From Felis catus (taxonomy: Eukaryota): a stretch of DNA of 64,000 nucleotides. Under the pieces are notes generated by a model. That model saw only the letters and a list, made by a program, of their open reading frames with translations. It made no database searches and was not told where the DNA came from. Positions 37,424-50,200 of the stretch are shown in pieces. The position numbers and the translations under genes are program-made. The DNA lies in assembly GCF_018350175.1 (NCBI RefSeq), contig NC_058368.1:67086001-67150000 (forward strand). Direction: 5' to 3'. Each line of letters starts with the position of its first letter. Positions within the stretch are counted from its first letter, which is position 1.

Positions 37424-39795
37424 AAAAGGAGCAATATGAAACATTCACTAGATAATTTTAGTATCAGAAAATTTCCACTGATCTCTTCCCAGATTCATCA
37501 ACCCTTTTAGATTACAATCTGAAAAACAGAAGAAAAGACAGAAAGAAATTGAAGAAAAAAAAAAAAAGCTTGAAGGTTCAGTGGGGCAATAATAAGGAAT
37601 GAAACACATAATTGGCAGTCCTGGAAGAGGATGACAAAATAGGGAAGAAAAAAAATTTTTTTAAGTTTATTAATTTTTTTTTTTTTGAAAGAGAGAGAGC
37701 AGGGGAGGGGCAGAGAGAGAGGGAGACAGAGAGAATCCCAAGCAGGCTCTACACTCACAGTGTAGAGCCTGATGCAGGGCTCAAACTCCCAAACTGTGAG
37801 ATCGTGACCTGAGCCAAAATCAATAGTCAGACACTTAACCAATTGAGCCACCCAGGCACCCTGGGAAGAAAACAATATTTGAAGGAATAATGGCTGAAAT
37901 TTTTCCAAGTCTGGTAGAAAAATATTCATTTTCATACGTAAGAATCCTAGCAAACCTCAAGAAGCATTAAAAAAAAAAAAAAAAAAAAGACTTTTCCCTA
38001 GGCACATCACAAACTGCTAAAAACCAGAAAGTAAGACAAAGTCATGAAAGGAGCCAAGAAAAATAACACATTACACACACAGAAACAATCAAGTGATGCC
38101 GACATCCGAAACAATGGACACAAACAGTGGAACATCTATCGAGAGCTAACAGACTGGAAACAATAACTGAATTCTATAGGCAACACAAATGTACTTCAAA
38201 CGATGACAGTGAAATTAAGACATCTTCAAATAAAGTCTGAGAATTTATCACCAGCCAAACGAAACTTTAAGACATTATAAAAGAAAGTCTTCAAGCTAAA
38301 GGGAACTGGTGCCAAACAGACAAAAACTCAGATGTACCATAAGGAATAAAGGGAAACCAAACTGGCAAAAAGGCAGGTAGACATAAAAGATTAAAAATCT
38401 CCTTTCAATTTATTTGAAAGACAACTGGCTGCTTAAAGCAAAAAATGGTACCACTCCATGGTATACGCAGAGGTGAAATACATTCACACCAATAGCACAG
38501 TGAATGCGGAAGAGTAGCAGAGGTTTATGCTTGCACGTTCCTTACATTTTAGGTAAAGTAGTCCAACAGTAGGACTATACAGACAGTGACAAGCTAAGAA
38601 GCCTATTTGAATCCCTAAGTCAACACTAAAAACACAAGAGATACTGCTAAAAAGCCAATAAAGGAATCAAAATGGAATACTAAAATATATCTGATGAGGG
38701 GACCTGGGTGGCTCAGTCAGTTAAGGGTCGGACTTCAGCTCAGGTCGTGATCTCACGGTTTGTGAGTTCAGGCCCCGCGTCCGGCTCTGTGCTGACAGCT
38801 CAGAGCCTGGAGCCTGCTTACAATTCTGTGACTCCCTCTCTCTCTCTGCCCCTCCCCCCGACTCATGCTCTCTGTCTCTCAAAAAAAAAAAAAAAAAAAA
38901 AAAGGAATAAACGTTAAAAACAAAAAAATTAAAAGCCAGAAATTGTCACAACAGATTAATAAAGGACCGACCTAAGTTGCTGTATAAGGGAGATATACTT
39001 TAAATATACGAACAGGTTGAAAGTGAAAAGGATAAAAAAGATATGCCATGCAAACAACGGGTACAATGAATGTGGTGTGGCTCTATTAATATAAGACAAC
39101 ACAGACTTTGAGACAAGGAATATGACCAGAGATTAAAAGGAACATATCATAATGATAAAGTCAATTCACCACACCTAAATGTGTATGGATCAAATTATAG
39201 TTTCAACATATATGAGACAAAAACAGAACTACAGAGAAAAATCAGAAAACACACAATCACAGATCTCAACATCCCTTTCTCAGTAACTGATAAAAGTAGA
39301 CCAAAAAAAAAAAAAAAGAGTAAGGCTACAGAAGATGTGAACAACACTAGTAACCCACCTTAATCTAACTGACGTTTGTGGAACACCACACCCAACAATT
39401 GCAGGACAGTTTTCTCAAGTACACGTTGGATATTTCTCAACATAGACCCTATATGCTGGGGCTGGTATATAAATCTCAATAAATGTCTAAACACAAAAAT
39501 GTTCCGCAGAATGTTCTCCGATATCAAAAAAATTAAATTAGAAATCACTAAGATAGCTCTAAAAACCCCAAATATTTGAGAATTAACAACATATTTCTAA
39601 ATAGCTATGTGGCAAAGAAGACCCCATAAGAGAAATCAGAATTATTTTTAAATAAATGAAAGTGAAAATATACCACATTATAACCTGTAAACATACAGGT
39701 AAGCAAGCCTTAGAGGAAACTTCTAGCTTTAAATGTTTTACATTAAAAGAAAGAAAGGTATAAAATTGATGATCAAAGATTCTGACTGAGACCAA
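36860..39795 (+). mobile_element. Degraded old L1M (ORF1 to ORF2 endonuclease region) interrupted by SINEs at 37165-37423 (+), 37652-37861 (-) and 38698-38930 (+)
   Basis: A-rich L1 motifs: aatatttgaaggaataatggctgaaatttttccaa, cctaggcacatc, gttgaaagtgaaaagga...atatgccatgcaaaca, ttttctcaagtacacg; SINE TSDs aaaaggagcaata and gggaagaaaa. Confidence 0.8.
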
Positions 39796-39804
39796 AGAAA
39801 CAGG

Positions 39805-39805
<1 letters not shown>

Positions 39806-39852
<47 letters not shown>
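39806..39852. repeat. (CA)n microsatellite
   Basis: Direct reading. Confidence 0.95.
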
Positions 39853-39855
<3 letters not shown>

Positions 39856-40047
39856 CTCTGTTCATACCTCCAGAAGAGCATCTAGTGTAATCAAAGATCT
39901 GTATGTTGCCCCCCACCCCCTGCCCTGGAACTATCGGCTGAGTGCACAGACCCTGTCATATTCATTTACAATCAGCAGCATCATAAAAACAGCCACCTTT
40001 TAATGAGCACCTACTATAACCCAGACAATTGAATAGGAAATGATCTT

Positions 40048-40160
40048 GGGCACCTGAGTAAGCCTCACTTCTCTCTCTCTCTCTCTCTGCCCCTCCTGGG
40101 ATTCTCTCTCTCTCTGTCCCTCGCTCACTTGCACCCTCTCTCAAAAAAAAAAAAAAAAAA
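40048..40160 (+). mobile_element. Internally deleted Can-SINE (Fc3-like) inside a MIR-like remnant
   Basis: gggcacctg joined directly to agtaagcc + CT region + A tail; degenerate TSD ggaaa(tg/ca)a(t/c)ctt. Confidence 0.75.
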
Positions 40161-40509
40161 GGGAAACAACCTTACAAAGGAAAAATTATCCCTTATTTTG
40201 CAGATAAGAAAATAAGCTGAGCATATTCATGCCTAACAGAGAACACTGTATTTTTTCTTCTAATGAAGCAAAATTACCACTCTTCTTCGTAATGTAGAAA
40301 ACTGAAGTTTGTTTCTGATAAACTGTATGCATTATAGTTTAAAAACAGTTCATATCCGGTGTAGAGAAAAACAATGTACAAATTAATGCGTACTAATGCG
40401 TCATCATTCTGCTAATGGTTTGGTTCCACATTTCCTTAAGTTGACAGGTTATAAGAGGATACTATTTGGTTAAATTTGTTTCCTTTGTGAAAACAAAATA
40501 GTTCCACCA

Positions 40510-41060
40510 TAAGAGCAATAGAAGGCAAACAAAAGAAACCACAATCAGTATTTGCAGTCTCAGTCTACCTTCTGGACCCAAGAATAGTATCATAATAAAG
40601 CAAGAACACCTAGTATCATTAAGAATTATAAAAGTCTACCAATTTAAAAAAGGGAGACAAGGAATATGTGCAGGAAATTCACTATGGGAAACAAATGACT
40701 AATGAAAATTTGCAAATACTCAAATTCATTCTGACTCAGACATGTAAATTAAAAGAACAGAGCAGTATAATTTTTCATCTAGAAACTGGAAGTGTGGCAA
40801 AGACAAAAAAAATAATAATAACCAGAACATCCAATCTTTGTCAAGGGTGTGGGGCCATCTCATTTCACCAGAGAGACTGTAAAGAGTTACCAACTCTGGA
40901 AGGAAATCTGGCATTCAAAAGCCTTGCGATGTATATACCCTGAAAAATTAAGGATGTCTCCAAAGGTTTCACTTTGGTCACATTCACTGACATCTGTTAA
41001 TATAAACAACTGGAAAACCATCTAATTATCGGTTATGCTAGAATATGTGTGGCCATTAGA
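40510..41060 (+). mobile_element. Very old L1 (L1ME-like) ORF2 3' fragment
   Basis: Degenerate ...acaaatgactaatgaaaa...atgtaaattaaaa...ctctggaaggaaatctggca... motifs. Confidence 0.5.
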
Positions 41061-41226
41061 AACTTCACTGCCAACTGCGGAACGCAAACTACATGTGAGC
41101 ACGCATCCGTTTACAGCTGGTTCCTTCCCTGGGTGGGCGTGAAAATACATCTGGAGTGTAAAACAACTGTATAATCTGGGCGAGAACATTAATTTTCATC
41201 AATTTTTTAAAAATAAGTCAAGGGGT

Positions 41227-41405
41227 GGGGTGCCTCGGTGGCTCAGTCAGTTAAGCATCTGCCTTCAGCTCAGGTCATGATCTCACTGTTCCTGAGTTCG
41301 AGACTCAAAGTGGGCTCTGTGCTGTGTGTGCAGAGCCTGCTTCAGATCCTTTGTTCCCCCTCTCTCTCTGCCCCTCACCCCCTGCTTATGCGCGCGCGCG
41401 CGCGC

Positions 41406-41447
<42 letters not shown>

Positions 41448-41735
41448 CCCCAAAAATAAATAAATAAATACTTGAAAGGAAGGAAGGAAGGAAGCAAGGG
41501 AAGCAAGGGAGGGAAGGGAAGGGAGGAAGGATGGAGCAAGCGTGTGCCTGGGTAGCTCAGTCGGTTGAGCATGTGACTCTTAATTTCAGCTCAAATCACA
41601 ATCTCACACTTCATGGGTTCCAACCCTGTATCAGGCTCTGCACTGACAGCATGGAGCCTGCTTGGGATTCTCTCCCTCTCTCTCCCTCTCTCTAAAGTAA
41701 ATTTAAAAACTAAAAATAAAAAATAAAAAAAAACA
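41227..41735 (+). mobile_element. Two tandem Can-SINEs (41227-41470, 41542-41735) separated by (GGAA)n
   Basis: Two heads and two tails. Confidence 0.9.
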
Positions 41736-43148
41736 TAATAAATCAAGTAATATTCGTCATTCATGTGAAAAATACAGTTTCTTCTTTCTCAATTATGTTC
41801 ATCAGTACAAATGAAACACAAAACCCAAGTATGGACATCTAACTATCGCTTCTCTAATTGTCCTTCAAAGCAGAAACTGTAGTTCACCTCCTCATGATGC
41901 AGATTCCTCATCACCAACTTGACTCCTACCCAACGTCAATAATCCTCAGTACGTTTGGAGGACACTCTTCCAACCGACCGCCCCAAATGGCCAAGCCTTT
42001 GGAGTTTTGCATACATCACAAATCCGTTCTGTTCCCCGCTGCCAGGCTTCCCTTCAGTGGACCATCTCACCAGTACCTACCGCTCTTTCCAAACTAGGAT
42101 ACAGCTTTGTAATGTTTTAAGGAAAAATCACAGTAAATTGGCTCTGAGGAGGAACCTAAAGGAACTGCAGAACAAAAAATCAAGTACTTGTATCACCTCT
42201 GTCGCATTTGGGGTTTACTTCCTGGTTCGTGGCCCTTCGGCAGAGCTGGGCCTACCAGGTGATGCGGTTTCCAGGTACACTGGGTATCACAACAAGCTAG
42301 TGCGAGGAGTATGCTGAGCTCATCTGAAGCAGAAAATTGCCTGTGTTTTTCCAATATTGTTTCCTGGAGTTGCTTAGTGTGCTGCCCCACCGACTTTCAT
42401 GATGACATAATCTAGAGATTAAACTCCATTTCTGAGAGGAGGACCCAGGGATAGCCTAATATTCTCCGTCCCCATGAACCCATGGGGTTCTGTAGAAGAA
42501 AACAGATTCAAGGAAATGGAAACCAAAGTGCACACAAAATCAACAAGCTGCTGCTGTCTATAATCTGAGAGCTCCACCGCCTTTTATTTCTCTTCCTGCC
42601 TGGTTTTCCGTGGCTGGCATACATACCAGCTCACCTGTACAGAAAGCTCTCGGCAAGCCTTGGCATTGAGCTTTCTTTTAGCTCCACTGGCCTTTTCTTT
42701 TTCATTCGACCATGGTGACCTACTGGAGTCCAGAGGCCAGAAAGACACGTACAGACTTCACAAGACCTGAGCACAAGGGCCCCACTGTGGAACCCAAGAA
42801 CCACTTGGGGGCCTGGGATATTTGCTCTGAGGTCAGATCGACTCCACATTCCCTGACTTCATCACCCCTAATGGCCATGAGTCCCCGAATGTGTAAGGCT
42901 ATATTAATTATGGTAGTGTGTTCAAAGTGAGGTCACGTCCCCAGATAATGAAAGACTCCCCCCAACTCACACCCTTCCATCACCAATTTCTTGCTTTGAA
43001 AGAGAAGCCCCATGTGACTGGTTTCCTAAACAAGAGAGAAGAGAGAGACGAGCAGCACAGAGAGTTGTGCCAAAGGTGAGCTGGTGGGGCAGCAGGAAGA
43101 AGTAACAATACGGTGAGCATGAAAAACCCAGTAACTAGGAGAGAAAGG

Positions 43149-43155
<7 letters not shown>

Positions 43156-43202
<47 letters not shown>
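43156..43202. repeat. (CA)n microsatellite
   Basis: Direct reading. Confidence 0.96.
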
Positions 43203-43205
<3 letters not shown>

Positions 43206-43430
43206 ACAAACACGCACTTTAGGGTTAGAGGAAAGACTATCTTAATGAGAAAATAAAAATGAAGTACATTCCCAATAGAAGAAAAAAAATTCTATCAACT
43301 TTTAAAAATATCTTTTAATACACTTTTCTGTTTCTAAAAATTATAACAAAAAATGTGAGCATAGACTATCTTCTGAAAAGTGGCATGCTTAGTCTTAAAA
43401 ATTTATACGTGAGGCCACACACTAGGTCTC

Positions 43431-43657
43431 TTTTTTTTTTATTTCGTTTTTAATGTTCATTTATTTCTAAGAGAGAGAGAGAGAGAGAGCATGAGCAGAG
43501 GAGAAGCAGAGAGAGAGGGAGGCACAGAATCCGAAGCAGGCTCCAGGCTCTGAGCTGTCAGCACAGAGCCCGACGTGGGGCTCGAACCCACGAACCACAA
43601 GATCATGGCCCAAGCCCAAGTCAGACGCTTAACTGACTGAGCCACCCAGGCGCCCCC
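43431..43657 (-). mobile_element. Can-SINE
   Basis: Reverse head ...gccacccaggcgcccc. Confidence 0.93.
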
Positions 43658-44544
43658 ATATGCTAAGTCTTTTATGGCAACTATACTTAGAATTAGAACT
43701 CTTTTGTCTATAAAGAAGCTTCTAAATTTTGCTCATCATGCACCTTCCTTCAGACCAAAAGTACAGGAGGGAAGTGATATGCCCTCTACGAACTCATCCA
43801 TGGTGCATAATTTTACCGTCAAAATGAGAGTGTTTTACAAACGGGATTTTCCTTTTCTCTAATGTTTTATATTTATCAAAGTACAGAGCTTAAGGAAGTT
43901 GGATATACAGCACACCTAAGCAACACTGCACACTTCTGTAAGGTCACAAAACTAGTTGTATTACTCATTCACTCGTAAACACCATGCTCGAAGCTTTCAG
44001 GAAGGGAGTCAATCCGTGCAGGAGAAAGATGAGAGGAGATACGCTCTAAATCATGACTTTCACAGCATACATTTTGAAAACCAAACTTACTAAAAGCAGC
44101 AATGCCTTGTTATCTATCACCAGTACACACAAAGCGACTAATGGAAAAGTGCACAGAGCAAGAAAATGCTCCCTCACAAAGCAACCCATCACACTCTCAA
44201 CCCAATTCCACACTCTCCTACTCACTGGCAAGGGGTGTAACCAATAGCAGCCAGGTACCAACGGCTGCTAAGTCTCAGAGATACCAAAGAAAATAACCCG
44301 GTCAGTTCAACTAATGAGTCCCAGAGGGAGGAGAAGGGAGGAGACAAGGTCTTCAACACATAACCAAGACAGAGCTGCTTGCTCTGCACAGGGAACCAGA
44401 GAGGGGTACAGTCTTCTTTGAAATGCCTTCCTTTTCCTCCACAGGCAACTGAAAGTTTATCACCACTGCTGAGGATCAGGGTGAACTGTCATTGTTTCAA
44501 TGAACACTGAGTAAATATAGGACTTGCACCTGTTCAAAAAAAAA

Positions 44545-44870
44545 TGATGTTAACCTTGAAGACATTGTGTTAAGTAAAATAAGCCAGTCACTCATGGACC
44601 CATCCTGCACGATTCCACTCACATGAGGTACCTAAGCAGTCAGTTTCCTGGAGACAGGAAGTAGAATGGTGGTCGCCAGGGGGTGGGGGGAGGGAAATGA
44701 GAAACTGATCTAATGGGTACGGAGTTTCAGTTTTACAAGAAGAAAAGAGTTCCGGAGGTGGACAGTGGTGATGTCTGCACAAGGATGTGAATGTACTTAA
44801 GGCCACTGACTTGTACACTCAAAAATGGTAAATGTGGTCGATTTTAAGTCATGTGTATTTGACCACAACT
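44545..44870 (+). mobile_element. L1MB-like 3' UTR
   Basis: aaccttgaagacatt...taagccagtcac...atgaggtacct...gtagaatggtggtcgccagggg...gtgaatgtacttaa. Confidence 0.85.
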
Positions 44871-44892
44871 GAACATTTAAAAACCAAAATGA

Positions 44893-45742
44893 GGGGTGCC
44901 TGGGTGGCTCAGTCGGTTAAGCATCGCACTTTGGCTCAGGTCATGATCTCACGGATCGTGAGTTCAAGCCCTGCGTTGGGCTCTGCCCTGACAGCCAGAG
45001 CCTGGAGGCTGTCTCAGATTCTGTGTCTCCCTCTCTCTCTCTGCCTCTCTCCACCCCCCAAAAATAAGTAAAGCATAAAGATAAAAAATAAAAAATAAAA
45101 AACAAAATGAGGGGCACTAGCTGACTCAGTCATTAGAGCATGTGACTCTTTTAACTTTATTTATTTATTTGGGGGAGGGGGGGAGGAGGGGTAGAGACAC
45201 AATCCTAAGCAGGCTCTGAACTGTCAGCACAGAGCCAGACGTGGGGCTCAAACCCACGAACTGTGAGATCATGACCTGAGCTGAAACCAAGAGTCGAAAG
45301 CTTAACAGAGCCACCCAGGTGCCCCACAGAGCATGTGACTCTTGATCTCAGGGTTGTGAGTTCAAGCCCACCTTGGGTACAGAGATTACTTAAAAATAAA
45401 AAAATCAATCAATCAAAGTGATTACCTTTGAATACCTGGGAAAAACGTGGTCTAAAACCAAAACTCTAAACCTACAGAAATACCTTAAAATAACAAAGAA
45501 ATAAAAACATTTTCAGAACATAAAAAAATCTTTTGGTAACTTTTTTTAACATTTATTTATTTTTGAGAGAGAAAGAGAGAGCATGTGAGTGAGGGAGGGA
45601 GGGGCAGACACAGAATCTGAAGCAGGTTCCAGGCTCCAAGCTGTCAGCACAGAGCCCGACGCAGGGCATGAACTCAAGAGCTGTGAGATCATGACCTGAG
45701 CTACAGTTGGACACTTCATGAACTGAGCCACCCAGACGCCCC
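44893..45742. mobile_element. Cluster of four Can-SINEs: 44893-45100 (+), short SINE 45111-45405 (+) with nested 45151-45325 (-), and 45541-45742 (-)
   Basis: Nested copy flanked by TSD agagcatgtgactctt (45135-45150 / 45328-45343). Confidence 0.92.
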
Positions 45743-45969
45743 AACCAACATCAAAATTTAAAAATTAAACTGGATTTTTAAAACTTAAGTATCAAGTCCT
45801 GTTTTTAGCATGAATCCCGGGGAAAGGAATGGAGACATTCATGCTGCCTGTTCAGGTGCCAAGAAGGCTCCCCCTGCCTCGCCCACCCCATCCCCGGGCC
45901 ATCTACCGCTGCGCTGCCCTGCCCTGCCCTGCCCCTGCTGCCCTGCCCCTCGTTTCCTTCACCTTCTGG

Positions 45970-46150
45970 AGTACAATGATTCCTCAATTTTCCTAATGGT
46001 AAGAATCCCTGGGGCGCAGATTAAATATACAGATTTCCAGGGCTTCTCTTAATCCTGAGGGAGTAGGTCTGGGGTTAAGCCCAGGTTGGAGAGTTTTTTG
46101 TTAAGCACAAAGATGACTCATAACATAATTTAGTGACCCGCAGCCTAGCA
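45970..46150. mobile_element. MER5-like hAT-Charlie relic
   Basis: agaatccctggggcg...ttaaatatacagatttccaggg...agtaggtctgggg...gccca. Confidence 0.5.
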
Positions 46151-46832
46151 TATGTCTGCCTCACCCTTGATCTGCTCGGCAAGGAAGCTGAACAAGTATG
46201 TCGTCCAGGGGATCCTAACCGTGCCCTGCAGTGTTCACACAGCTCCCAGCTGCAAGGCCCATAAACATCCAGCTATTAAAAGCCGTGAGCAGACAGCTGC
46301 TCTGACAAATGGCTGAGTAACTGATAGGGGACCAGCCCCCACCTCTGCCATATGCAGCTACATGACTGGGCAAAATTATGTTTCCAGGTTCCAGATAACA
46401 GGCGGTGCAAGACTGATCCCTGAGAGAAGAAACACTCAAGAGGTAAACACTACTGTTGTCTTGGCTCTCAGCCGGGAGACCATTTTTCAACCGTGGCAGT
46501 GAGCTCAAGTCCAACAGTGCAGCAGCCCCACTGAGCTGAGGAGTCAGAAGTCAGATTCTTCGAGGATCAATGAAAGGGTCCCCAAAGTCCTGGGGCAGGG
46601 CGAGGAAGGGGTGCTGCTGGAAGGCCTTAGCTGAGGGATGGGCTACAAAGGCCCAGGTCGCCAGAGAGCTGATGCAAAGAATAGCAAGCAGAACACGGAT
46701 ACTCGAAGGTCAAGTTAGGGCACTGGAGTTCTTGCCCAGCCAGAGTGGAGAAACCTTCGTATCATGAACAAGGCTGGTACGCAGCTGACACACCAGAAAG
46801 AACAGGTCTCAGAATTAAAGACCACTCTGGAG

Positions 46833-47050
46833 CAGTGATTCTCAACTGGGGCAATTTTGGTCCTAATCCCCTGCCCCAGGGGGCATCTGGCAACGTCTGA
46901 AGACCTTACTAGCTGTTACAACTAGAAAGATGCTGCTGACATCAAGTGGGTAGAGGCCACAGTTCCTGTTCAACATCCTACACGCATGAGCTTCCCTTCA
47001 TTCCCCACCCAATAAAAAATTACACAGCCCTAAATGCAGTAGTGAGAATC
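46833..47050 (+). mobile_element. MER20 (hAT-Charlie DNA transposon relic)
   Basis: cagtgattctcaactggggcaattttg...catctggcaacgtctgaagac...gtgggtagaggcca...aacatcctaca. Confidence 0.85.
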
Positions 47051-47102
47051 TCTTCCACAAAACAGATTTGCACTAGACTCATCCTAGAAAAGATACAGAG
47101 GC

Positions 47103-47175
47103 AAAAAAAGAAAGAAAAGAAAGAAAAGAAAGAAAAGAAAGAAAAGAAAGAAAAGAAAAGAAAAGAAAAGAAAAG

Positions 47176-47254
<79 letters not shown>

Positions 47255-47258
47255 AAAG
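47103..47258. repeat. Compound (GAAAAGAAA)n/(GAAAA)n/(GAAA)n microsatellite
   Basis: Direct reading; flanked by direct repeat aaagatacagaggc (47088-47102 and 47255-47268). Confidence 0.96.
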
Positions 47259-50200
47259 ATACAGAGGCCTAACAAGGACCCACAAAGGACACAGAGCTTG
47301 AAGGTTGAGACCCACCAACTTGGAGACGCTTAAGAGAAAACACCATAGAATTTCCAAAAATGTAAGCTTAACAAAGCATAAATCAAGCCTACCCAAGTTC
47401 AAAGATATCAGCCACTAAGTGACCTATTAATGCAAAATTCAACATTCTCAAAGACTATCAGAATGTAGACTTATACCATAGCGTTCATGATGTCCAATAA
47501 ATCTTAAGTCTTAGACATGCAAAAAATAAAATAAACAAACAAAACAGGAAAATGTAACCCACAGGAAGCAAAGCAGTCTTCATAATAAAAAGCAAAATAT
47601 ATAAATAAGAATAAAAACAAACCCAAGTTGACCCAGGCATTGGATTTTTTTAAATTTTATGTTTAAAGAGTTGAAGGGAAGTATGTTCAAAGAATTGAAA
47701 AGAAATAGGAATAAACAGATTCTCCACAGAAAAACACAAACTCTAAAAAAGAGCTAAGTGGACGTTCTGTAACTGAAAAGTACAAAACTGGAAGGGAAAA
47801 AAAAAAAAACTGGGCTTAGTAACAGTTTGAAGATAAAAGAAAAAGTAGTCAGGTTGATCAATAGAAAACTACCCAATCTGAAGAACAGAGAGAAAAATTA
47901 AAAAGAAAGAGAAAAAAATGAGAACAGATCAGAAGAGAATATTTTAGGGGTGCCTGACTTAAGTCAGTTAAGTGTCCAACTTCAGCTCGGGTCATGATCT
48001 CATGGTTTGTGAGTTCAAGCCCCACATCAGGCTCTGTGCTGACAGCTCGGAGCCTGAAGCCTGCTTCAGGTTCTGTGTCTCCCTCTCTCTCTCTCTGCTC
48101 CTCCCCTGCTTGTGCTCACACTCTCTCTCTCTTTCAAAAACAATAAAATATTAAAAAATAAAAAAAAGAGGAGGAGGAGAGTATTTTAAAAGATATAATG
48201 GCCTTGGGGCGCCTGGGTAGCTCAGTTGGTTAAGCATCCAACTTTGGCTCACGTCATGATCTCGTAGTTTGTGAGTTCAAGCCCCAAATCGGGCTCTGCA
48301 CTGACAGTATAGAGCCTGCGTGGGATTCTCTATCTCCTCTCTCTGCTTCTCCCCCACTCACACTTTCTCTCTCTCTCAAAATAAATAAACTTAAAAAAAA
48401 AAAAGATATAATCACCAAATATTTCTCAACTTTTAAAAAAAAAGAACCACATTAAAGATCAAAACGCTCAGCAAACCCCAAGAGGCATAAATACAAAGAA
48501 AATTACACCTAGGTAGCACTCTCCTGAAAAATCAATTAAAAAATAAAATAAAATGTTAAAGCCTGCCAGAGAAAACAGAAACAAGGAGGAAAACAAAGAC
48601 ACAAAAGAGGAATGACTCGTATCAGAAACAATGGAGGCCGGATGACAATGAACAATACCCTTAACATACTTAAAAGGGATAAAAGAACTATCAATCCAGA
48701 ATACAATATCCAGCCAGCATATCCTTCAGAAACAAGGGAGAAAAACAGATTTTTAGATAAACAAAAACTGAGAATTCATCACTTGTAGACCTATTCTTAA
48801 GAAATGCTAAAGGATGTTTTTTTTCAGGTGGAAAAGAAATCCTACCAAACGGAAACTTGGCAGTGAAGGAACAAAAAGCAGTAGAATGGTAATTAGACAG
48901 ATAAATAAAAATGATAGTTCCTTTTCTTTTAAATTCTGAAGAAATGAATATTTAAAGCATAAGTAACAACAGTGTATGGTGGTGAAGGTTAATTAATTAC
49001 AACTCAATTTGAAATGCCAACAAAGCTAAAGAGAGACTTCAGAAGTCAGGATGCAGAAACTTCATGACTAAAGAGGAAAATGGACAACCTCTCACAGTTG
49101 AGAATGTTTAATCTCTTGCTCTCATTGTCTCTATTCAAAGACAACATAATTATCTATATAGACATCCTAATCAATCTACCCAAAAATTTACAATTAAATG
49201 GGGCTTAGCAAGGTCTCAGGAAACAAAGCAAAAAATGTGTGTGTGTGTTTGTGTGTGTGTGCGCGCGCGCACGCATGTGTGTGTGTAGTCAGTTGTACTT
49301 CTACATAAGAAGTGGAAAATGAAAATTAAAAATACCATTTATAATACCCAAAAAAAAAACCATAAAATACTAAGGAATAAATTAAATGAAGGATCTAAAG
49401 ACCTCAATACTGACAACTATAAGATACGGTCAAAAGAAGTTAAAGAACATCTAAATAAAGAGATATACCAAGGCGCCTGGGTGGCCCAGTTGGTTAAGCA
49501 TTCGACTTCGGCTCAGGTCATGATCTCAGAGTTCATGAGTTGGAGCCCCAGTCAGTCTCTGTGCTTGGAGCCTGCTTGAGATTCTGTGTCTCCCTCTTTC
49601 TCTGCCCCTCCCCTGCTCATACTCTGTCCTTCTCTCTCTCTCTCAAAAATAAATAATACACATTTTTAAAAAAAATTTTAAAGAGATATACCACACTCAT
49701 GTTTTGGAAAACTAATATTTAGACACCCATTCTCTCTAAATGATCTACAAAATTTGGTGCAATTCTGATGTATATCCAAATAGCATCTTTTGACTCTAAA
49801 ACCTCTATGAAAACACAAGACTTAGAATAACCAAAGTAACCAAAATAGAACAAGATGGGGGCTTACACTACTTGATTTCAAGATGTATTATAAAGCTACA
49901 GTAATCAAGAGAATTTCATTTTGGAGAAAGGATAGACCTATAAATCAACAGAATAGAATAAGAATCCAGAAACAGATTCACATATAGTCATTTAATCTTT
50001 GACAAAGTTTCCAATTAAATTCAAAGGGCCAAAGGGTAATTTTTTCAATATTGTGCAGAAACTAAATATTTATATCAAAATTAAATAAAATTCAACCCCT
50101 ACCTTACATTATATATAAAAATTAATACACTATGAATGCAAACCAAAATCTAAATCTAAAACCATAAAACACCCAGAATAAAACACAAAGGTTTCTCAGA

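Noticed and set aside
46946..47402. K/E/R-rich and F/L/S-rich ORFs resembling coiled-coil or membrane proteins
   Set aside because: Translations of the (GAAA)n microsatellite
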